A DNA stretch of 64,000 bases from Candidatus Latescibacterota bacterium (lineage in GTDB: Bacteria; Latescibacterota; UBA2968; GCA-2709665). A program made the translations under genes and the position numbers. A model generated the notes under the pieces. It did no database searches. It worked only from the letters and a program-made list of their open reading frames with translations, and had not been told where the DNA came from. The stretch spans positions 736,001 to 800,000 of the forward strand of contig OZ242358.1 in assembly GCA_965208835.1 (NCBI GenBank), written 5' to 3'. Positions 58,045-64,000 of the stretch are shown in pieces (position 1 is the stretch's first letter; the number at the start of each line of letters is the position of its first letter).

Positions 58045-58254
58045 ACATTTGAGGGGCCGGGGCGAGAGTTCCCGCGGATGATTGAGATCGCATGTCCCGA
58101 CGCGCTCCCTTTGTTCTAATGGAAAGTGTCTGTCCGATTTGCTAAATTGGCTGGACGTAACGTGCGGATCTTCGCGATTTCGAAACCGCAGCGCGAATCC
58201 AATATGCCCCTGCCGTTCGTCCTGGCAGCCCATGCCCTTCCCGGAGCGCAGACC

Positions 58255-59325
58255 ATGTCCACCGCACAACGCTTCCGCCCCGCGCACATGCATGCCGTCT
58301 CCCGCAATCTGCTGATGGCTTCAGGCGCGCCCCGCCACGTTGCGGACGTCGTTTCCGAAATTCTGGTCGGTGCCAACCTGTGTGGCCACGATTCCCATGG
58401 CGTGCTACGTATACCGACGTATCTAAACGGTATCGAAGGGGGCTCCATTGTGCCGGCGGCGGAACCCGAGGTTGTCCAACGGGGCGGGAATACGATGATT
58501 GTGGACGGCCACAACGGGATGGGCATCTACACCGCGCGAAAGGCCATCGACCTGGCCATTGACAAAGCCGCGGGATCGGGCGTTTGCTGCATCAGTTTCA
58601 GACGCATCGGCCACTTCGGCCGGCTCGGCGAGTACGCGGAGGTCGCCGCTCGCGCCGGATGCATCGCCATCATCACCATCGGCGTGGGGACGGTGGACGC
58701 CGTCGCGCCATACGGCGCGGCCCGCGGTCCGCTGGGCACCAATCCGATCGCGGTGGGCGTACCGACAGGCGACGCCACCCCGTTCATCCTGGACATCGCC
58801 ACGAGCGTCGTTGCCGAGGGCAAACTACAGGTCGCCCGCGCCGAAGGGTCGTCAATTCCGGGAGGATACATCCTGGACAAACACGGGAAATCCAGTACGG
58901 ACCCCCAGGACTTTTACGACGGCGGATATCTCCTGCCATTCGGGGCCCACAAGGGCTCCGGTCTCCTGCTGCTGACCTGCCTGTTGAGCGGGCTGTCGGG
59001 TGTTCCGGAAGTGGAAGAGGGTACACTTTCAGGCGCATTCATGCAGGTGATACGCGTCGACGCCTTCACCCCGCTCGAGCCCTACCAGCGGGGTATCCGC
59101 GCCTTCCTGGACATGATCAAAGCCATCCCCCCGGCACCCGGCTTCGATGAGGTTCTCGTGCCCGGGGACTTCGAACACCGCACCCGCGTGCAACGCCTGC
59201 GAGACGGATTCGACGTTCCAGGCCCCATTATCGAGGCGTTAAAGGATCGCGCGGACCGGCTGAACGTCTCCGTGTCGGAAGACAACGTTGAACCGGGAGA
59301 TGAGGAAAGGTATATAGGGCGGTGA
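58255..59325 (+). CDS. Ldh_2 family oxidoreductase (YbiC/hydroxycarboxylate dehydrogenase-like)
   Basis: ANLCGHDSHG, VDGHNGMG, HFGRLGEY, GTNPI, LDIATS..A.GK, LLPFGAHKG.GL, VLVPG. Confidence 0.9.
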   Translation: MSTAQRFRPAHMHAVSRNLLMASGAPRHVADVVSEILVGANLCGHDSHGVLRIPTYLNGIEGGSIVPAAEPEVVQRGGNTMIVDGHNGMGIYTARKAIDLAIDKAAGSGVCCISFRRIGHFGRLGEYAEVAARAGCIAIITIGVGTVDAVAPYGAARGPLGTNPIAVGVPTGDATPFILDIATSVVAEGKLQVARAEGSSIPGGYILDKHGKSSTDPQDFYDGGYLLPFGAHKGSGLLLLTCLLSGLSGVPEVEEGTLSGAFMQVIRVDAFTPLEPYQRGIRAFLDMIKAIPPAPGFDEVLVPGDFEHRTRVQRLRDGFDVPGPIIEALKDRADRLNVSVSEDNVEPGDEERYIGR

Positions 59326-59447
59326 GACGGGAGAGGTGAGACGTTAGAAGAAATCCTTGCCCGGTATTTTATTCCTCCTTGCCTCCGGCATGAGAAGAAA
59401 CCTCACAAGGCAGGCAATCTCTCCCATCTCCCGGCTTGCGTCTACCC
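59321..59447 (-). repeat. Repeat family R1, copy C (overlaps the Ldh stop codon)
   Basis: Colinear with copy B and with the reverse complement of copy A. Confidence 0.85.
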
Positions 59448-59606
59448 GCTATTGATGGTCCGGGGGGAGAGGTCCCGTGTGCACCGACGTTGCATCTGTA
59501 GGGGCGTCCCTTGTGGGCGCCCGCCTCTCCGGTGTTCCTCTCACCTAAATAAAAACGGGGGCGATCAGTCTCGCCCCCGTTTCTCTTTCGCTTTTCTTCT
59601 CCGCGC

Positions 59607-60200
59607 CTATACGTGCGGCCCGCGTTCCCTGATGATCCGTAACGCCAGGTCCGGATCGACCTGCACAATCATCTCCGGTTCGATCTTGCAATGGCCCGGA
59701 AGGTCGAACCCCGCCACCGCGCTCCTGGCGTGCCATCCCGACAGCGACGCGTCCATCCCGTCCTCCCCGAACCGCGAACCCGGACCTCCGAACACGTCGT
59801 GAAAGACTGTGCTGTACCCGTCCACGACCTGGGGTGACTTGGAAAAGGATCCGCCGCCGGCGGAATTCACCATCCCTATGCATTTTACGCAATACCACAC
59901 GTCATTCAGCGTGCCGTACGGGTCCAGCGCCCAATGCAGCGTCACGACGTGGGAAATGCCCGCCTCTCTGCCCGCCTCGAAACCGGCTTCCACGTCCGCG
60001 TCGTCGTTGGTGACCGCGCCGACCCCACCGCCTGTGCCCGATGTAAACACCAGACCGGAAGGTGTAAACGTGGCCATGCAGATCCGCCTTCCCTGAGGCG
60101 CCGGACACGCGTCCTCCCTCGATCCCAGATCGATCCCCAGTTCCTCCAGACGGTCGTAAACGTCAAAATCCCGATGCCACGAACTGTGCAGCTCTGCCAT
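59607..60200 (-). CDS. RidA/YjgF-like (Atu1372-type) protein
   Basis: GGAGG RBS; RLEELGIDL, VFTSG, VKCIGMVNS, VVDGYS....VFG, HARSAV...LP...IE.E.IVQV. Confidence 0.7.
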   Translation of the reverse strand: MAELHSSWHRDFDVYDRLEELGIDLGSREDACPAPQGRRICMATFTPSGLVFTSGTGGGVGAVTNDDADVEAGFEAGREAGISHVVTLHWALDPYGTLNDVWYCVKCIGMVNSAGGGSFSKSPQVVDGYSTVFHDVFGGPGSRFGEDGMDASLSGWHARSAVAGFDLPGHCKIEPEMIVQVDPDLALRIIRERGPHV

Positions 60201-60245
60201 TTGCTTTCCTCCGTGTGAGTTGGCGTTTTTCAATTAGGTCCCTTC

Positions 60246-60273
60246 AAAATAAGGTCTGTATGCGCGATGTCAA
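60246..60273 (-). promoter_or_regulatory. Sigma70-like promoter TTGACA-16-TATTTT for the RidA-like gene
   Basis: Minus strand TTGACA tcgcgcatacagacct TATTTT, 45 nt upstream of the start. Confidence 0.45.
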
Positions 60274-60323
60274 GCCCCGATAAAGCCAGGCGTCGCGGAA
60301 TCCGGTCCCTCTTCGCGTTCCCG

Positions 60324-61394
60324 TTACCAGATGGTGGCGGCGATATAGCGCTCGCCGTCGGGTTCGTCGTCATAATAATATGCGGATACGACCCTGCCGT
60401 CCGGCCGCTGCACCGCGCGTGGATACCCGACGTCGTGATCACCGCCGTCATCCCTCAGGATAACGGGCTCGGACCACGTCGCTCCCTCGTCTTCGCTCAA
60501 TACTGCCCGCAGCCCCGAGGGCGCGTCGCGATATCCGTATACCAGGCACAGGCGCCCGTCAGCCAGCAGCATCATCGCGGGCGGATTGCCTCCGGTCCCG
60601 GTTTCGGCGACCGGCCGGTTGACGTAACGCCAGCTCGCCGCGTTGTCGTCCGAACAGTAAAGGTCGATCCAGTTGCCCTCCCTGCTTCCGCCGCCTCCCC
60701 TGCACCGCACGGACACCAGGATGCGCCCTCCGGGAAGCCGGACGCTGGCGGGCATGATTGCGAAGCCCGCGGGCTCCTCTCCGATCCACGACAGAAAGTG
60801 GAATGTCCTCCCGCCGTCCACCGTGCGCGCACAGAACACCCTTCCCTCGCGCCCGTTGGACTTGGCCGACGTGAGGAATAACGTGCAGGTGTCGTTTCCC
60901 TCAGTCAGGTAGTCGGTCCGCGCCGCGATTCCCGGCAGCCCGAACATGGGCAGACCGAACGGTCCGTCCCATGACCGGCACCTGTCGGTCGACGTGTAGA
61001 ACCACGACCGCGCGCCCGCCGCGAGTCCCGTCCGGGCGCACATGAGGGCGGAATCCGGGTGGCTGAAGTCGATCCCGCTCGGGTGTCCCGTCGGCAGCGC
61101 AACCGCCATTTCAATCTCCAGCGAGCGGTTCACATGCTCGTTCGCCGATACCCCCTTGCCTTCCGGAGAGGCGATCGGTACCGGTTCAACCGTCCAGGTC
61201 CCGCCTCCGTCGAGGCTGCGGGCCTGCATCGTCTCGAACGGCCGGTCACGGTCTCGCCGGTGAAATCCCCCGTCCGATTTGTGATACCCCAGCGTGAAGC
61301 CCACCACGATCTCGTCTCCCCACGACCAGATCCCGTAGTTCGCCGGCCACCCGGCGTATCGCCCCTGTTCCCTGTAGATGACAACGTGTTCCAT
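60324..61394 (-). CDS. BNR/Asp-box beta-propeller protein (sialidase-like)
   Basis: Repeated Asp boxes SLDGGGTW, STDRCRSW, TVDGGRTF, SDDNAASW, SEDEGATW; DVGYP. Confidence 0.85.
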   Translation of the reverse strand: MEHVVIYREQGRYAGWPANYGIWSWGDEIVVGFTLGYHKSDGGFHRRDRDRPFETMQARSLDGGGTWTVEPVPIASPEGKGVSANEHVNRSLEIEMAVALPTGHPSGIDFSHPDSALMCARTGLAAGARSWFYTSTDRCRSWDGPFGLPMFGLPGIAARTDYLTEGNDTCTLFLTSAKSNGREGRVFCARTVDGGRTFHFLSWIGEEPAGFAIMPASVRLPGGRILVSVRCRGGGGSREGNWIDLYCSDDNAASWRYVNRPVAETGTGGNPPAMMLLADGRLCLVYGYRDAPSGLRAVLSEDEGATWSEPVILRDDGGDHDVGYPRAVQRPDGRVVSAYYYDDEPDGERYIAATIW

Positions 61395-61592
61395 TCCTAA
61401 TCCTCCCAACGTCTGAATTTTGCGCCGCGCCAACCGGTTTCTGACGCTTCCCGTCAAATCATCCGTCTGGCGACCACGGTTATCGCCCATAACGGGACTT
61501 CACAACACCAGCCCGCGCAAATCCGCCTTGTGCGCCGTGTCGGGCGGCATTATTCTATACCGGCCATGGCATCTGGATTTCCACGCCCTTGG

Positions 61593-61738
61593 CAGCCCGT
61601 TGAAAAAGCCCATCCGGGCTACGGCCGGCCCTTGCGGTCGAAATACTGCGTTGCGCTCCCTCGCCGAATCGCAGGATGGGACTCGGTCGCGCGCCTTGTC
61701 TTCGGCCTCGCCTGCAGAGCGACTTAATCAACGGACTG
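61593..61738. mobile_element. Putative MITE with CAGYCCGTTGA terminal inverted repeats
   Basis: CAGCCCGTTGAAAAAG ... CTTAATCAACGGACTG; no coding capacity; single copy in the window. Confidence 0.55.
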
Positions 61739-61776
61739 TAAGCGTCCGGACCCAATAAGAGAGAAAGGACTCTTCG

Positions 61777-62421
61777 ATGGATACACTGCAACTCGCGGCG
61801 CCCTCTAATGCCTTTTTCCTGTTCAACGGCAGGGACCTCAGCAACTGGACCGCCCGGGACGGCGGCGATCCCGGCTGGACCGTGGAAGACGGTGTCCTTC
61901 AGGTCGCGCCCCGGACGGGTGACATCATCCACACCGAGCCGCTGACCGATTTCTATCTTCACCTGGAATTCCGTTGTCCCGACATGCCCGAAGCCACGGG
62001 ACAGGCCAAAGGCAACAGCGGGGTGTTTTTGCAAGCCCTCTACGAGATTCAGGTCCTGGATTCCTCCCACGTCAACATTCCGGGCACCGGCGACTGCGGC
62101 GCTTTTTACCTTGAGTCCGCCCCACTCGTGAACGCCTGCAGACCCGCCATGGAGTGGCAGACGTACGATATCTGCTTCCGGGCGCCCCGCCTTGACGAGT
62201 CCGGCGACGTGTCCGAACACGCCCGCGCCACCGTTCTCCAGAACGGCATCGTGATTCAGAACAACGTGCAGATATCAGGCCCCACAGGATCCGCCTCCGG
62301 AATGACGGTCGGAACCTCCGGGCCGCTGCGCCTGCAGGACCACGGAGACCGCGTCGCCTACCGCAACATCTGGGCCGTTCCGCTTCCGTCAAAGGGATCC
62401 GATACGTACGAACCGCAATAA
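61777..62421 (+). CDS. DUF1080 (3-keto-disaccharide hydrolase-like) protein
   Basis: LFNGRDLSNW, W.VEDGVL, DF.LHLEF, GNSGVF, YEIQVLDS, WQTYDI, LQDHG..V.YRNIW. Confidence 0.92.
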   Translation: MDTLQLAAPSNAFFLFNGRDLSNWTARDGGDPGWTVEDGVLQVAPRTGDIIHTEPLTDFYLHLEFRCPDMPEATGQAKGNSGVFLQALYEIQVLDSSHVNIPGTGDCGAFYLESAPLVNACRPAMEWQTYDICFRAPRLDESGDVSEHARATVLQNGIVIQNNVQISGPTGSASGMTVGTSGPLRLQDHGDRVAYRNIWAVPLPSKGSDTYEPQ

Positions 62422-62555
62422 CATTCGCGACGGGAGAAAAGCAAACCGGCAGATTAGACTTTCGGATACTGTCCCGAGAACGCATCACTATTCTGCTGCC
62501 GATTTATCCCGACCAGATGCGCCGGTGTAGGTGGAGTCTTGCGAAACGTGGTCAT

Positions 62556-62642
62556 TGAGCTTGTCGAAATGCCCGCGTTTCGATACCCCCTTGAACAGGC
62601 CGGGTCTGCTTACTTACCTTCGCCGACCCTTCGACAAGCTCA
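62556..62642. repeat. 13-bp perfect inverted repeat TGAGCTTGTCGAA / TTCGACAAGCTCA (REP-like)
   Basis: Arms at 62556-62568 and 62630-62642 in an intergenic region. Confidence 0.65.
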
Positions 62643-62672
62643 GGGAGCGGCTCAGATCTGAGAAACGATCCC

Positions 62673-63269
62673 ATGACCGACACGATCGACCTCGCCAGCC
62701 TTGACACAGACGCCGACCTCCTCAGGTTCGCTCTGAACGGAAGCTGCGTCGACGGCCCGTCATTCGAGACCTGGAGGCGGGCGCGATCATTCATCGCATC
62801 CGAGATCCATCGCCCGGGAACCGTGCTGGATATCGGCTGCGCCAACGGTTTCCTCCTGCGGTGCCTCCAGGAATGGTCCGATCACGCGCTCACGCCGTTC
62901 GGTATCGACTCCAGCGCGGGCAGGGCTCGGGATATCGCCAGGTTCTTTCCCTCGCAGGGAGACCATTTCGCCCGTCTTCCCGCGGAGCGGTTGGGCGAAA
63001 TCGACGCTCAGGGTCTTCCCGGAAAGTACGATTTCATCTATTGGGCCGTCTGGGACAATTACGCATTCGATTGTCAGGACCGGATCGATCTGCTTACACA
63101 CGCTTACGATAGCGTGAAAGACGACGGACGGCTGATTCTGGGTTTCTACGACCGCGAGCCCGAGATAATCGAAAACAAAATCGCCCGGATTCAGGACATC
63201 AATCTCGGGCACGCGGTCCGCGTGGCGAATCCCGACGGGCCGCAGGTACTTCTCAGGATATCAAGATAG
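62673..63269 (+). CDS. Class I SAM-dependent methyltransferase
   Basis: VLDIGCANGFLL motif I, FGID, KYDFIY, GRLILG. Confidence 0.8.
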   Translation: MTDTIDLASLDTDADLLRFALNGSCVDGPSFETWRRARSFIASEIHRPGTVLDIGCANGFLLRCLQEWSDHALTPFGIDSSAGRARDIARFFPSQGDHFARLPAERLGEIDAQGLPGKYDFIYWAVWDNYAFDCQDRIDLLTHAYDSVKDDGRLILGFYDREPEIIENKIARIQDINLGHAVRVANPDGPQVLLRISR

Positions 63270-63313
63270 CAGAGGCTGGAAGAGAGGAGCAGATCCGACA
63301 GGACGAAATTCGG

Positions 63314-63413
63314 CTCACACAAAGACACAATGACACAAAGACGCAAAGGAAAACCTGGAACAGCAAAAGGCGGGCAACCACAAGGGTTGCCCCTACAAAT
63401 GCAAAACAGGCGC
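63314..63413 (-). repeat. Composite repeat R2, second copy
   Basis: CTCACACAAAGACACAATGACACAAAG...GGGCAACCACAAGGGTTGCCCCTAC; inverted relative to 52565..52672. Confidence 0.7.
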
Positions 63414-63535
63414 AGAAAAGCCGGTGACCGGCCGGTCGCCCCTGCCACGAATCGACATCGCCTGGTCATTTCGCTAACCGCGGGTCGCGGAGGGGTCCTC
63501 TTCCGTCTTACCTCTCCCGTCTACCCTTGTTTCAT

Positions 63536-64000
63536 TCATCTCTTGATGACGTCCTCGAACTCCTGGAACATCTCGATGCTGATCCCGTCCGGATCCAGTG
63601 CATACATGGCGCGGGCAACCACCACGCCGTCGCGGTCCACGTCAGTGGGCGGATTGATGGACCCGAACCCCGCCTCTGTAAGTTGTGCGTACATCGCGTC
63701 CACGTCGTCCACTTCGAACGCCACGTGCGATGCGCCCAGGTACCTGTTTTCCTGGGGTCGCGCCTCAACCTCCGGATGGACGTATTGAACGAGTTCAAGT
63801 ATAAACTCGTTCACGGGATGCCGAAGAATCGCAATATTCAGATGGACCTTGTCGTAACCCAGAATCGTATCGTACGCAGGCAGGTCCCTGCGCTCGGATA
63901 TCCGCACCAGTTCCATCCCGAGCAGGTCCCGGTAGAACGAAACCGAACGATCCAGGTCCGAGACGGTAAATCCATGGTGGTGCCCCATTACAATGCCCAT
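63536..64000 (-). CDS. VOC/glyoxalase family protein
   Basis: HHGFTVSDLDRSVSFYRDLLG, ILELVQY, HVAFEVDDVD, YALDPDGISIE; the start codon lies at the window edge. Confidence 0.9.
   Translation of the reverse strand: MGIVMGHHHGFTVSDLDRSVSFYRDLLGMELVRISERRDLPAYDTILGYDKVHLNIAILRHPVNEFILELVQYVHPEVEARPQENRYLGASHVAFEVDDVDAMYAQLTEAGFGSINPPTDVDRDGVVVARAMYALDPDGISIEMFQEFEDVIKR

Noticed and set aside
39715-63445. CRISPR array or integron attC sites among the intergenic repeats
   Set aside because: The repeats are dispersed rather than regularly spaced with unique spacers; no cas or integrase gene; no consistent attC RYYYAAC/GTTRRRY ends.

Overview
GC-rich bacterial genomic window with about 44 CDS and no rRNA, tRNA or CRISPR array recognised. 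The gene content (five GWxTD/TPR proteins, DUF6785-like membrane proteins, PhyH-HEAT fusions, heparinase-like lyases, many sugar-acid enzymes) suggests a Latescibacterota/Gemmatimonadota/Poribacteria-like organism (inference). Contents in order: a sugar ABC importer, two lyase-like proteins and uxuA (1-12 kb); nitrilase and a DUF6785-like transporter; two GWxTD genes; a YtrA-GntR/ABC exporter operon with two paralogous permeases; a large GNAT protein; an ECF sigma / ZAS anti-sigma / 3x GWxTD operon; PhyH-HEAT; tandem beta-helix lipoproteins; YtoQ; parE-[MITE]-parC; an SDR; and assorted catabolic enzymes, with several intergenic repeat/MITE families. Top finding: two ORFs that the track splits (48340-48543 and 48685-49530) are one reading frame broken only by an in-frame UGA in a thioredoxin-like C-x-U motif, followed by a SECIS-like hairpin. 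This is a probable unannotated 396-aa selenoprotein. Second: a candidate ECF-sigma regulon built around five GWxTD proteins, with matching GAACC-N17-GTCT promoters upstream of the sigma gene and of a distant GWxTD gene.
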